This document shows positions 12,301 through 24,939 of a DNA stretch of 64,000 nt, piece by piece. A program made the position numbers and the translations under genes. This DNA is from Callorhinchus milii (taxonomy: Eukaryota), in NCBI RefSeq assembly GCF_018977255.1, contig NW_024704742.1:18788001-18852000 (forward strand), read 5' to 3'. The notes under the pieces are model-generated. The model did no database searches, was not told the origin of the DNA, and saw only the letters and a list, made by a program, of their open reading frames with translations. Numbering within the stretch: the stretch's first letter is position 1; every line of letters begins with the position of its first letter.

Positions 12301-12844
12301 TTTATTTCTCTATATCATTTAATTATGAGTCTCCGACAATATCATGACATCCATTGATGAATTCTGGGACTGAATTATCACATTTCAACTTGTGCCTTGG
12401 TTCATTGTTCTGTTAATAATCGCTCAGTGAATCACTAAGAATAGTCTGTTACAATACATTGTATTATTGTTTTAAGTAGAAGTATTACCCATTGGTGGGC
12501 AAAATTATACTGTTTAACCATTGTTGTCATTTGCAATTCTGATATACATAAAAATGTAGTTAAGTTGACGGAGCTTTAAGTCGCTCAAGGGGTATTGAGA
12601 ACACTCAAGTATTTTAGGAATTCTGGAAAAGATACAGATTGAATATAACCTTTAACTCTCTCCAAGTAACTGTTATTTTAGGTAATATATACTAACTCCA
12701 ATTATAATTTGGAACATTTTAATTGGTAACTGGATTTAAGCTTCAGGGTGACAGCTTTAGCTTTTCCATTGGCTTCATATGAAACTTGGATAGAAATATT
12801 TAACAACTTTCTATGATTGAATTTAGTTCCAATTATGAATTATC

Positions 12845-13420
12845 CTATAAGTAAAGAAAAACTTTCTGGTATCTATCCTGAACTTGCCCTTTACACCTCT
12901 TAAATCTACGTCCTCTTCTTCTACTGTCTATGTCCATCCTAAAGTTTTGATCTGGGTTTACTTTTTCACGCCCATTTAAAATTGTATAAACCTGTATAAG
13001 GTTCCATCTTAGATACAAAGGATGCCTTTGGAAAGCTAACCTATTTGAGACTCTGAAGTTCAGATGAGAATTGGTACCGAATACTGAACATGTATTGTGC
13101 ACCAAAAGAAAATGAAAGCCAAGATCTGAGCACACCAACCTGACTGATAAATTAAGCATTTGTGCCACACTGCCTCTATGTGACCAGAAATGTATGCCAT
13201 ATTCTCAGTGCAACCTGACCAAGTTTGACGTCTTGGGATCTGAGCTCAACTGATTTAGCAATATAACCCAGCATCTTGTTTGCCTTGTTTATTGCTGCCT
13301 TGCACTATTTGACATGTGGTGAGTCAACTTACACCTTTAAATCTCTTTCAACTTTCCCCTTGGCACTTACTATGTGGAGTACATGTGTTTCTTGTTCATA
13401 CTTGCTATGTGAGGCGCCTT
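12845..13420 (-). mobile_element. CR1 LINE fragment (ORF2 C-terminal region)
   Basis: Reverse strand gives AAINKANKMLGYIAKS-like and LIQVYTILNGREKVNPD segments. Homologous to 24400-24720. Confidence 0.75.
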
Positions 13421-13434
13421 GTCTTCTGTGTATT

Positions 13435-13730
13435 AAAACAGAGAAAGTACACCTGGAATAATCTTTTCAGATGGACACCAAAGTAACAGGTCAAGGCAGT
13501 ACAGGTTTAGGTTTGTGGAGGGCAATTTCAGGAGAGACACTAGGAAGTGCTTCTTTACATACAGGATGATCAACAGCTTGAACAGGTTACCAGGACGAGC
13601 AGTAAACACTGGATTCATTTAAGGAATAACTTGATGCTGTAATGGGAAGACAGTAAGATGAATGCTTTGCAAGGATGAGATCAATAGGGCCAAAAGGCCT
13701 TCTTCATTTGGACCTTTATTGTGATCTTAC
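13435..13730 (+). mobile_element. CR1 LINE 3' end
   Basis: agggcaatttcagga...aggaagtgcttctttaca...gggccaaaaggccttcttcat matches the 3' end of the CR1 at 24660-24900. Confidence 0.8.
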
Positions 13731-13759
13731 ACTTTCCTAATGGAAAATTAGACTCAAGA

Positions 13760-13920
13760 ATAAATAATAATAATTCTTGAATTCGATATAGTGCCTATGA
13801 GATGTCTCAAAGCACGTCACGGAATATATTGTAAAGTGAATTGTCTGTATATTTTGTGGGTGAAACACGGCAGCCAATTGTGCACAGCAATTACGTGTGA
13901 CAACAGTCAGGGATTGAGTT
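13760..13920 (-). mobile_element. 3' half of the tRNA-Ala SINE family
   Basis: (AAT)n tail followed by gtaaagtgaattgtctgtatattttgtgggtgaaacacggcagccaattg. Confidence 0.8.
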
Positions 13921-16221
13921 CACATTTTTTTTGTTCATAGTAAATATTTAGTACTGAACCACTGAAATATATAAAAATATCACATAGTTCATTATTTCAT
14001 CTGCATGTTCAAAATGGAAAAGTCTTCTCTTGCATTAAGTAACAAAAATATGAGGTTGTGTTGTCAAATCACACAAGGTTGCCTTGATATTACAGTTTCT
14101 CGATAAATTAAAAGCTTTTTGTTTGTGCAAACACTAAATGATGGTTGAAACAGTCAGTATGCATCACATGTAAGCAAGCAGAGTCCCTTTATTAACAATC
14201 TGATTTTGTAAGACCTTTGCCTCCTCCTCTGATTCCATGGTGCTTTCTCCCCAAATTGGTGCTCTGGGACGCTACCCTGTATGAGGGGTGCTATATAAAT
14301 GCAAGATGTTGTTCAAATTAAATTACCATACACTGGGTTGCCCAATTTTTGTCATTAACAGTAATAGAAGGTAGCCCAGTAAAGAAAATGCCCCCCTTAT
14401 TTTAACTTAACCCCCCACCCCCAATAACGACTCTCTGCTTCCTTCCTTTGACGCTTATTGAAGTCTCCCATCAGTATTGCCTTTTTTTCTCACATACACT
14501 CCTAATATTATCATAAAGTAACCAGTTGTTCTCCTTACTTTGGCCTGGAGGTCTACAGCAAGCCCCAATGTAAGTCTACTTCTTTTTATCATTGAGCATA
14601 GCTGTCAGGAGCTGATTGATCCTGCAATGTTGGCTCAACTACATTCACATCATACCTATCCCTTACATACATGTAACCCCCCTCCACTTTTCCTGACAGT
14701 CTAATCTTTCCTAAATAACCTGTATTCTTGTGAATTGTATTTACCTCCATCATCCATTCGCCCCAAAATTCACAGTCACATCACTTTACAATAAATCCTA
14801 TGAAGCGCTTTGGGACCAAATGCAAATGCAAGGATGTTTTAGCCACTTCTGTGCTTCCCACAACACTGTGCATAGTGCATGCACCAAGCCTTTGAGATGT
14901 ACAGTGGCCGTGCAATAATTTGCTTTCTCTTTAGCACTCTATAAAGTAGTCAGGTCTCTAACAGGCTGAATGGTGTGGTCCTGTGCTGTAGCATTCCTTG
15001 ATTTTGGCTTCACTTAAACGTTCTAATTGAAAAATCAGTCAATGCAACCGAGCACAGTAAAGCAGACAGTCTGAACAACAATCTTGGCACCACTTAAACG
15101 TTCTGATTCCACAGACAGGCAAGAACATGGCCTCTCTCCAAACATCAGGCCAACACAACTCAAGAAGAAATATTTTAAATACCTTCTGGGAGATTGGGAT
15201 CGTGGTGACTCCTTGAGAGTGCTGGCGTTTCGTTTTGTCTTCCCCCCAAAAAAAGAAAGGGACCTGAGTTTGCAGTAGCCTCAATAATTTGACATAATCT
15301 TTGACATCACCTTGAATCTTTTGACTCATTTTTGACATTGTTTGCAACTTTTAAGTGAGGATAACAAGCACGTAGTTAAAAAAGAAGGTAGTGGTGAATA
15401 AACATAGGTAGGAGCTAACAGTAAGAAAGATTCAGTCGCAAAGAATCACCAGGATCTATCTGTGAGGGACTAGGGTGAATTGAATAGTAAGTGTCCTGTG
15501 AAGGACAGGACAAGTTGGATGTCACATGAGTTGTATGTTGAGAATGCAGGGTGAGGTAGCAATAAATTGTTAATTGAAAATCAGGAGGTGGGGAATGTAC
15601 TTTTGAATGGGAGCAGTTGCAGAATAAAGTGAACCACCATTGTCAGATGGGGATAACCATGGACTGCATAGAAATGGATATGATGTAACAGGGAATCACA
15701 GGATAAAATAAATGACCCATCAGAGGAACCCAGCATGAGGTTGGAAGGTGAGCTGTCATTTGGCGCAAGACCAGCATCAGATGAATATAAGCTGTTGGGC
15801 ACATGATAGACATGAGGCATCCATTGGTGGGTGGATCCAAGCTGTCAGTCAGAGGAACAGAGCAAGAGATGGAAGATAATGTTTGTGAGTAGGAGCAAAT
15901 CACAGAATGTACGTTCTACCTCACCAGCTACTTCAATTTTTTGACAATTTATGGAGTCCAATAATAACCTCTGGTGAGATCGATGAAGATAAGAACTAGA
16001 GGAAGCCATTGACCTGCTTGGCTGTTTTGTTACTTCACGGCAGTTCTTTACCTTCCCATTCTATTTCCTTGCCACTTCTCCATATCCTTAATACCCCTAA
16101 CATCTCTGCACGTACCTCATACCCTCCACAATTGCCTGCTGTGCTTTCAGCCACTATGCTCTAAATCTCAAGAATCCCTTCAGAAAATCCCTCCATTTTA
16201 TCCCCTCTTTGCCCTTCTCAG

Positions 16222-16596
16222 ATAATAATAATCCTGGCATTTGATATATCGCCTTATCGCGTCTTTAAGAGGTCTCAAAGCCCTTCTGTAAATATACTGT
16301 AAAGTGAATTGACTGTATATTTTGTGGGTGAAACTAGCAGGCCATTGTGCACAGCAGTATCCCAGAAGCAGTCGTGGATTGAAGTGATCAATTTATTATT
16401 ATTATTTTTTTGGAAGGAATTATTAACCCCTGAAAAGCAATCCCCCAATCGACTAACAACTGGGTTCCTATTTACTGCTAGGTAAACAGAGGCATGTGGA
16501 GTAAAGAAACTTGCCCAATGTTTCGCCCTGCCGGGAATCGAACCCAGGTCTCTTGCTTGTTAGGCAAGTGCTCTAGCCACTGAACTACTGGACTCC
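16222..16596 (-). mobile_element. tRNA-Ala-derived SINE, long form, nested in an L2 3' fragment (about 16100-16680)
   Basis: GGAGTCC head, internal ctctgtttacctagcagtaaataggaacccagttgttagtcg block and (ATT)n tail. L2-like sequence on both flanks. Confidence 0.9.
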
Positions 16597-16737
16597 TCAA
16601 GTCAAATATCACATCGCACCTAAAGACTTTCCTTTTCGAGCATGCCTTTATCACCTCCATTCCCTTTCTGCCTTGGCATCAAGCCATTCTTCTTAAGTAC
16701 CCTGCAAGAAGTAATTTATATTATATAACTGTCTATA

Positions 16738-16915
16738 AGGCATGCCTCAAAACCCTCCTCTTTGACTGTGCCTTCGACCGCTCTCCTATCCTCTCTGCCC
16801 TCCACCCTCCCTGATCCCACCCCACCCCTGCCTGGGTCGTAATCTCTGACTGTTCAGCACCTTGGCACATCCTCCCGACGTAAAAGGCACTTTACAAATG
16901 TAATTTTGTATTGCA
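16738..16915 (+). mobile_element. L2 3' end
   Basis: aaaaccctcctctttgactgtgccttcg, a C-rich tract, then the catcctcccgacgtaaaaggcactttacaaatgtaat tail. Confidence 0.85.
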
Positions 16916-18089
16916 TTACTATAAAAAATGCAAGTAATATAAAATATTTTCCAAACTGTCTTAAGGTCCATGGAAGTATTGAGGAGAAATTTCACCTTCC
17001 TAGATTTATTATATTTATGTAGCATTTTAGAACATCCAGAATTTGGCATATTCTTAACTACAGTCCTAATTTTGAAATCGGTTTACTGTAAATTCTTTAA
17101 ACAACTAAAGAAGATCAACTTCAAAGTTAAGACTGAAATCAACATTTCACCAAATTGTGCACACTTTAAACTGTTACATAAGTAAGGTGAATTTAGACTC
17201 AGGTAGAATTTCATATCTTACATCCGAGAGACTACTTACATGAAGAGAGTTATATAAGTGCACATTTTTGTTGTTGTTATTACCCTAACACTGTGGTCAC
17301 TAACCTCTATAGAAAGCCAACAAATCAGTATGATTGGGTATGAGTTACCAGTCAGAGATCACAATGTGAGATGGGACATGAGATGTTAAATGCCAAATCT
17401 TTTGTTAGTTGCTGTGTAAGATGGAGGTAAATTATCAATCAACGGAGCTCAATATGAGACTAAACTTGAATCAGTGGACCATGGAGAAACTGGCTGATGC
17501 AGTAAAATGACCAGATGTTGCAAAGAGAAGTCAAGCATCCAGTGGTTGCTTTAACACTGTTCAGAGCAACTGGACATTGAAGCATTCGAGTAGGATGCTG
17601 GAAACTGTGAGAATTTTATGTGTGCTCAGAATAATATTTTGAATTTTAACACTGTGAATTCATCATTAATGGGAATAGAATGAAAGAAAAGTGTAATTTG
17701 CTGCAGTGAATTGACATAAAAGGTTTACTTCCAGAATATAATTATAACTTTAAAATGAATCATCCTTGGAATAAATAGTCTGTTTCACAATTGGCAGTGA
17801 ATTATCAATGTTCTTTTAGTTGCACAATGGACCCTAATAAGTCAAAAATGTTGCGAGGCAGCATTTTATTTTTAATAAATATTTGCGGTTTTGCAAGGTG
17901 ATGGTGTCAGGTCTGGAGAATGGAACATTTTTCTACAATTTGAAACAAATGTCAGCATAAACAACTTCCAAATCAGTTAGAGCATAGTGAGTTCCACAGT
18001 AATCTAGATCTGCTCTGTGCCAATAACTTTATATCCACCACTGCATCAGTGATATTTCCATTTCCCACAGCAGCCATTCTGTTTTTGGT

Positions 18090-18242
18090 CTAGATGGAGG
18101 TCGATAAATATTTGTTAGGTCAAGGGATACGGGGCAAGGGCAGGTAACTGGACTTGAGTTATAGATTCAGCCATGATCTTATAAAATGGTGGAACACGCT
18201 CGAGGGGCTGAATAGTCTAACTCCTATTTCTATGTCTACGTA
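18090..18242 (+). mobile_element. CR1-type LINE 3' end (second subfamily)
   Basis: cagccatgatcttataaaatggtggaacacgctcgaggggctgaatagtctaactcctatttctatg. The same terminus type recurs at about 27910-27968. Confidence 0.7.
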
Positions 18243-19018
18243 GCTATGTTATACTAGCTAGGAACTGAGGAATTGAGGTAGCACTTCCTAAGCTCATTTC
18301 ATAATGAACCCTGAGAGTTAACAAGGAGAGAAGAATCATGTTTACAACACAGGAAGAGCCCGTTTGGCCATTTGTGCTGTTATTATTTCCTGTACTATAA
18401 TTATCGGGGATCAAAATTGTGGTATTCCTAAACCCATTCCATTCCTTATTTAAGGGACAAAGTTTAAATGTTTTTGAAAACCCCCCTCTCCCCCACGACT
18501 TCTTAATTACAATAGAGCCCAGACCAGACTGAAAAGCCACCTTGGATGCTTCCACACTTTTAGGTGCTGTAATATTGACTTTCCGAGCTTAGTCAGAGGA
18601 TAATGGCTTAATTCAATCAGAGTTAGGCAGCATCCTGTAAAATAAGGCCATGGAGATCTCCTTTTATGCTCACAAAAGGCAACCAGGATCACCACAGTAT
18701 TCAAGCCAACTGGTTTATGAGTTGAAATTGCCCAGGTAAATCAAATGATCAAGGCAGATTCATTGCTTCTGCCTTTTCCCAGTTAGCATCTGCTTTCTTT
18801 CATTTATTCCTGCCACAAGAATTAAGTCCAAAATGAAAGGACTAAAAAATTAACAAAACTTTTGTCAGCGCAGGCATCAGCTAACAGCTCAGTCACATCT
18901 TGTACTGTGCGGTCCCTCCTCATGTTGGGGACAGATGAGCCACTAAAATTTTTTAATCAGCATCTTAGGTTGGTACAACATCCATATAAATGATATATTT
19001 CCCGCGTACAAACGTTAT

Positions 19019-19372
19019 GGAGTCCTATAGCTTGGTAGTTAGAGCACCTGCCTCGCAAGTGAGAGGACCCAGGTTTGATTCCCAGACATGGTAAAACCTT
19101 AGACATGTTTCCTTACTCCACATGCCTCTGTTTACCTAACAGTAAGTAGGAACCCAGTTGTTAGTCGATTGGCGGATCGCTTTTATGGGTTTAGTAATAA
19201 TAATTTTGTCACTCAATCCACGACTGCTTGTGGGACACTGCGGTTCGCAATTGGCTGCCGCATTTCGCTCACAAAATATACAGTCAATTCACTTTACAGT
19301 ATATTCTGTGAAGCACTTTGAGATGTCTCGAAGAAGTGATAAGGTGCTATATCAAATGCAAGGATTATTATT
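19019..19372 (+). mobile_element. tRNA-Ala-derived SINE, long form
   Basis: GGAGTCC head, B-box-like ggtttgattccc, the internal long-form block, and tail atcaaatgcaaggattattatt. Confidence 0.9.
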
Positions 19373-20509
19373 GTATAAGGTGCATGGTGTTGCAAGTATT
19401 TACATAGCTCGGAACTGATAACTTCCAAGATTAGTTCATGAAGTTTCATTCACAACATAGTAATGACCGGTTTATGCTTCTAGAAGGGCATAACTTTGCT
19501 TCTCCCAGTAAAATAATGAGGAATGAGAAGCAAAATCCACTTTTTGTGTTTCCATTTGCTCTTGTCAGAACTCATAAGAATTCAGCCATGCACAATGCAG
19601 AGCACACACTGGGCTTTTCAAATCTGTGTTCTTTTTCATGTTATCATAGAGATGAATGCACAAGTAGCTATGTACTAACATTATACATTGTCTCTTAAGT
19701 GCCCATTATTCAATATGTTCCTGGAGCCTTGCATTGGAAAAAAGTGCTTTACAGAATAAATTGAGTTTCCTCTAGGCAAACCCTTATATTTCACACCAAC
19801 TTGCAAGACCTCAGTCCCAGCAGTTTTTCCATTTGAGCAAATTGTTAACCCAATGAATATGTTTCAATGGTATCATGGTTTGTGCCAGCTTTTGCCTACA
19901 CAATGCCCAGTCACTACAGTATATCCTGTGAGGCGCTTTGAGTCATCCTCTTGATATGAAAGCATCTATATGAAATGCAAGCACTATTATAATAATTCAG
20001 TTCAAGTAATGGTTTGCTATGTTTTGTTGCCTTCATAATGGGGACAAGGCCGGATTCTAGTGGGGAGTAATCTCATAAACTGCCACATCTCAGCACTTCC
20101 CGTTATACTGCAAAGGTCAGTAAATTTGTCAAGAAATGCAGAATATATAACAATGACCAGATAATATTCCCCTAGTTACTGACTCTGAGTTCAAATGACC
20201 TTGTCACTCAAGGTATGTGTGCCCACGATGCTCCCACACACAATTTGGGTCCAATGACTTTTCAATTATGCAAGCAGGACACTTACTCTTCAAAGACAAA
20301 ATAGTCAAACTTTGATAATACCGCAGAATTCTGCTTATTCACATGCTTACTATCCATATCAGACTCCAGTGGAAATGCAGATGTGGAGAAGCACATCTGT
20401 TGCAAGGATATTAGTGATATAATTTAATCATAAGGGGTGGACCAATAATCTTGCATACAACTGTCTATTTGACATAAGGACAGTATGTTTATACTTTTGT
20501 ACAGTCTAG

Positions 20510-20680
20510 AGTTAGAGTCAGAGAGAGACATAGACATTTATGTAGCGAAAGAGAAATGGAAGAAAGACATAGCAAGTTAGAGGGACAGAGACTCGGAAAG
20601 AAAGATGCAGGGAGAGGCTCGGAGAGAGAGAGAGAAGAATGAGAGAAAAAGAAAAAGTTAGAAGGGGAAAGAGAAAATGG
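20510..20680. repeat. GA-rich low-complexity purine tract
   Basis: About 170 bp strongly biased to A/G, including (GA)n runs. Confidence 0.75.
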
Positions 20681-21599
20681 CCAGCGCGGTGCGGTATTAT
20701 AGTGACAGTATAACTCCTGATGGTACAATGTTTTAATTAGCACTGTAGCCAATTATCCACAGTTTGAGGATTCACAATGAAGCCAGTCCCAATCACTGTG
20801 AATGATCATCTCTCTATTATACACACACAAAAAGGTAATCACAAATTCTTTGTAATGGATATCTATTGAAGTAAGTATAGTTGATAATATTCCCCATTTA
20901 AAACAGCCCAAAATGTCTCCCAACAAAATAGAGGGCAAATAAGGAGAGTTGTCAGCAGACTGCTCACTACAGTGGTGCACCCCCTTGTGGCTACCCAAAG
21001 AATACCAACAGCAATGGCTTCCAAACAGCTTTCCTTGCTGCCTTGTTGGCCAACTACCACTATGCAGAACTCCTCAAAGAGGTAACTTTGTGGATGAAGT
21101 AAAGAGATAAAAACGGAGGAATTCACACCCACACAATCAAGAAAGAATAAGCTAAAAGAGTTTCAAAGTGTGATGTTTTGTACAATTATTAATATTTGTG
21201 GTTCCTGTAGTGATTACAAATTATATCTGTTATCAAATTCCTTGTGACACAACAACAATTGGCATTTATATAGTGTCCTTCACAGAGAACAGCATCACAG
21301 AACATTTAATTCCAGACAAAAGTGCTGTGAGAACATTTGTTCTGGGCTGAGTAAGTGACCCATCTAATTTTTTACACATGGAGATGATGAAACATACCTT
21401 TGTGGTTGAGCAATATCACAGTAGACACTGGGAAAATAATAGTAACTGAGGTAGAACAAAAACCTCATCAAGTTACTACTTTCTTATAGGAAGTGACTAA
21501 TTCTAGTTCCATAGACATTACCAGCCTTCCAATTCCTTATATAATTAGTTGTTCTTCATAGGCAAGTCTGGACATTATTTGTTAGCCAGCTATTGAACT

Positions 21600-21870
21600 G
21601 TAAGAGCTTTGTAGCTAAGCATAATCCTATCCTTACCTGATGTCAACATTCCAGTAAGGATCACTGAATAGTGATCATCGGATAGGGAACCTCTGAATGA
21701 TTTTATTTCCCTTCCTATCTAAGGGACACTGAGTCCAGTTATAGCACCCCAATTATCACCTTAGCAGAGGTTAGCTAACTCGACACAGATCAAACATTAT
21801 ACTAAGACCTTCATCACCTAAGTGACTCAATAGCGCAGAAGGGTTTATTTACCTACTGAGTTATGAGGAG
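21600..21870 (-). mobile_element. Ancient SINE resembling AmnSINE2
   Basis: Reverse complement reads tctgtgtcgagttagctaacctc...ggggtgctataactggactcagtgtccct...gatcactattcagtgatcc...gacatcaggtaaggatagga, in the block order I recall for the AmnSINE2 consensus. Not searched. Confidence 0.5.
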
Positions 21871-21898
21871 ACTGTTACAATTAAAATTAATAGCAAAA

Positions 21899-22406
21899 TA
21901 TAATCCTTGCATTTGATACAGCACTTATCATGTCAAAAATCACTTCATAAGTAATTGCTGCAAGTGAAGTGAAAGCAGCAGCCAATTTGTGCACAGCAAG
22001 GTCCTGCAAACATGACTAATTAATCAGGAGATTTGTTGGCCAGGCCCTTCTCTTATTAGTGTCACAGATACTTGCAAATATCTGCCTGTCTGGGCACATA
22101 GGGCCTTGGTTTAATGTCTCATCTGATGCCCCTAGAATAATAGAGAAAGCTATTGATTTCTCTGACAACATATCACTGTATTAACAGCGCTCGGGGAGTG
22201 CTTTCACGATAAGTTTGCACAATGATACCATATACCCTTTCACCTTACTGTGACTTTGCTGAGCACTAATTTAAACAATGCAGTGCTGCCCCAATATGGT
22301 ACTGTCGTGCCAGCCTTGACTATGAGCTCAAGTTTTAATGTGGGTAGTTGAACTCACAATCTTGTGACTCAGAGACACGAGTGTTGCAATTGAGACCCTT
22401 TGACAC
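21899..22406 (-). mobile_element. Old DeuSINE (SacSINE1-like), interrupted by about 140 bp of unrelated sequence
   Basis: Tail taatccttgcatttgat; Deu domain ggccttggtttaatgtctcatctga; head ...gtgactcagagacacgagtgttgcaattgag. Confidence 0.7.
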
Positions 22407-23092
22407 CTATTGCTACATTTATCTGCCAAAGATTGTAGCTGGTGCAGTTCCAGAATTCACTTGGAAATGAACGTTGAGTTGATCTTCCAGTAAATCTGAG
22501 GCAAATTCTCGCCCTTGTGCGATTCTTTCATCTTCCCATGACTTTGCCTAACATTAACTTTGGCATTCTTCATGCCACTCTGACTGTTCGGATTTGCAAT
22601 GAGTTGCTAGCAAAAGGAAATATAAGGTGAAGTTCATTACCTAGAAGAGAGTATTGATCTGCCATGTCTTTATCTTTCTCTCGTGTATCATAATGGAGGA
22701 TAGTAAATGAGGTTAGACAAACAGGATCCCAAGGTCATTGATTTCTATATTCTTTTCTGTTTCCGGATTTAAATGTTACAAACAATATTAGCGCCTGCAG
22801 CTATAATATGGCTGGTGTGTAATAATCTAAGAATTTCCATACTTTTACTCGCCATTCCCATTCAGTGTTGGAGTGCTGTTTTCAATATTTGAGACTTCAA
22901 ATCACTGGCAATATTATATGGTTCCTTTATTTGTTGAAATCAATAGAAATCAAAAGTCCTGGATATATCAGTCTACTTTAATCCATCACTATCTAACCGC
23001 TAGCACAGCGAAAACCCTCATTCATGCCACCCTCACTTCCAGATTAACTTTTCTAATGCCTTGCTTGCCAGCTTCACAAGTTCCATACTATA

Positions 23093-23472
23093 TAATCATT
23101 ATAATGATAATCCTTGCATTTGATATAGCATCTTATCACATCTTTGAGACGTTTCAAAGCACTTCACAGAATATACTGTAAAGTGAATTGACTGTACATT
23201 TTGTGGGTGAAACACAGTAGCCAATTGCACAAACAGTGTCCCATAAAGAGTTTTGGATTGAGTGACCAAATTATTTTTATTTATTTTGAAGGAATTAATA
23301 CCTCCAGGAAAGCGATCCGCCAATCGACTAACAACCAGGTTCTTACTTATTGCTGGGTAAACAGAGGCGTGTGGAGTAAGGAAACTTGCCCAACATTTTG
23401 ACCTGCCAGGAATCAAACCCAGGGCCTCTCGTTTGTGAGGCAAGTGCTCTAACCACTGAGCTACAGAACTCC
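23093..23472 (-). mobile_element. tRNA-Ala-derived SINE, long form, inserted into an L2 fragment (about 22975-23520)
   Basis: Complete head, long-form block and tail. The left flank encodes TAKTLIHATLTSRL and the right flank resumes with QNSSAA-like L2 sequence. Confidence 0.9.
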
Positions 23473-23535
23473 GCTATGCAGAACTCCTCAGCCGCAATCT
23501 CCCCCCTACAAGACTCCAACATTAAGATCATCATT

Positions 23536-23860
23536 TAATAATAATAATAATAATCCTTGCATTTGATATAGCGCTTTTCACGTCAGGAGGACGTCCCAAA
23601 GCGCTTCACAGAACACACTGTAAAGTGAATTGACTGTATATTTGTGGGCGAACGCGGCAGCCAATTGCGCACAGCAATGTCCCACAAACAGTCGTAGATT
23701 GAAAATGACCAATTTTATTATTGTTTTGGGTTTTTTGGAAGAATTATTATTAGGCGTGTGGAGTAAGGAAACTTGCCCAAGGTTTCGCCCTCTGCCTGGA
23801 ATTGAACTCAGGTCTCTCGCTTGCAAAGCGAGTGCTCTAACCACTGAGCCCCAGGACTCC
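23536..23860 (-). mobile_element. tRNA-Ala-derived SINE, short (young) form
   Basis: Nearly identical to the reverse complement of 48379-48705; anticodon-like loop CTTTGCAA. Confidence 0.93.
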
Positions 23861-23861
23861 A

Positions 23862-24905
23862 TAACTAATCCATTTACTAATCTCGTAGACTTTTGAGGAC
23901 TGACAGCCCAAATTGACTGTGGGACGCCATATGATATGGTATAGCTAGACTACCAAAAAATGTTTAACAAAGTACCAAATGAAAGACTCAACCACAAACT
24001 GTGGTCACTGGGTATCAAGGGCAAGATATAGATATGGATTTCAAATTGGCTAAAGGGAAAGGAGCAGAAGGTCTTTGTTAGGGGAGCTAACTCAAAATGG
24101 GGAGAGGTATTAAGCGTGATGCCTCAGGGGGTTGTTAACCGGCCTCCATCGAGTATATTATTGACCTGGATTCTCAGCCCCAGTGTAAGATAATTACATT
24201 TGTAGGTGGTACCAAGTTGGCGGGAACTGTAGATTCAGAAAAGGCAGCAAATGTCTTACAAAGAGAGCTTGATAGGGTATGCGCATGGGTGATAACTGGC
24301 CAATTAACTTTAATACTGATAAATGCAGGTACTACATATAGGATTCAAGAATAGAAAACACAAATATTCCATGAATGGGATTAAACTTGCCAAGGGGGCA
24401 GATGAAAGAGTTCTAGGAGTGTTAGTTCACTCATTGCTTACTGTCAAAACAGTGTGAGGCAGCAATAAACGAGGCAAACAGGATGCTGCGCTGTATTGAT
24501 AGAGCAAGGAGGATGATCCCCAGTGTTAGAGGAATGAGCTATGAGCAACACGTAGACAAGGTGACCTCAAGGAGGTATATAAAATTTTAAATGGGATAGA
24601 AAAGGTAAAACCCAGATTATTACTTTAGAATGCCTCATAACCATATTACAAGAGGATGTAGGTTTAGAGTTGTGAAGGGCAATTTCAGGACACATACCAG
24701 GAAGTTTTTCTTTACACAGAGGGTAATCAACTACTGAAACAGGTTGCCAGGAAAGGTGGTAAAGGCCAGGACACTGAACTCATCTAAAACACAGCTTGAT
24801 GCAGTGATGGGTGCCAGTAGGTTGGATGTTCTGCAAGGATGATATCAGATGGGTCAAAGACCTTCTTCATCCAAACCAATCATGCAATTTTGTGATCTTT
24901 GATCC
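23862..24905 (+). mobile_element. CR1 LINE, decayed RT region to the 3' end
   Basis: Translates, with stops and shifts, to TNLVDF...DMV*LDYQKMFNKVPNERL...LGIKGKI*IWISNWLKGKEQKV...PQG. Ends in the CR1 terminus gaccttcttcatccaaaccaatc. Confidence 0.88.
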
Positions 24906-24939
24906 TTACCGCCATGATATTGCCCCATCCTGCCACTGA

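Noticed and set aside
16853..16875. REST/RE1-like ttcagcaccttggcaca in an L2 tail
   Set aside because: Only the left half-site matches; the GGACAG half is broken.
20430..20465. Possible Tc1-like terminal repeat (reverse cagttgtatgcaagattattgg)
   Set aside because: No TA flank, no partner end and no transposase remnant.
21060..23490. Exact 17-mer ctatgcagaactcctca at 21060-21076 and 23474-23490
   Set aside because: Both lie in sequence resembling the L2 QNSAA region, so shared repeat ancestry or chance explains the match.
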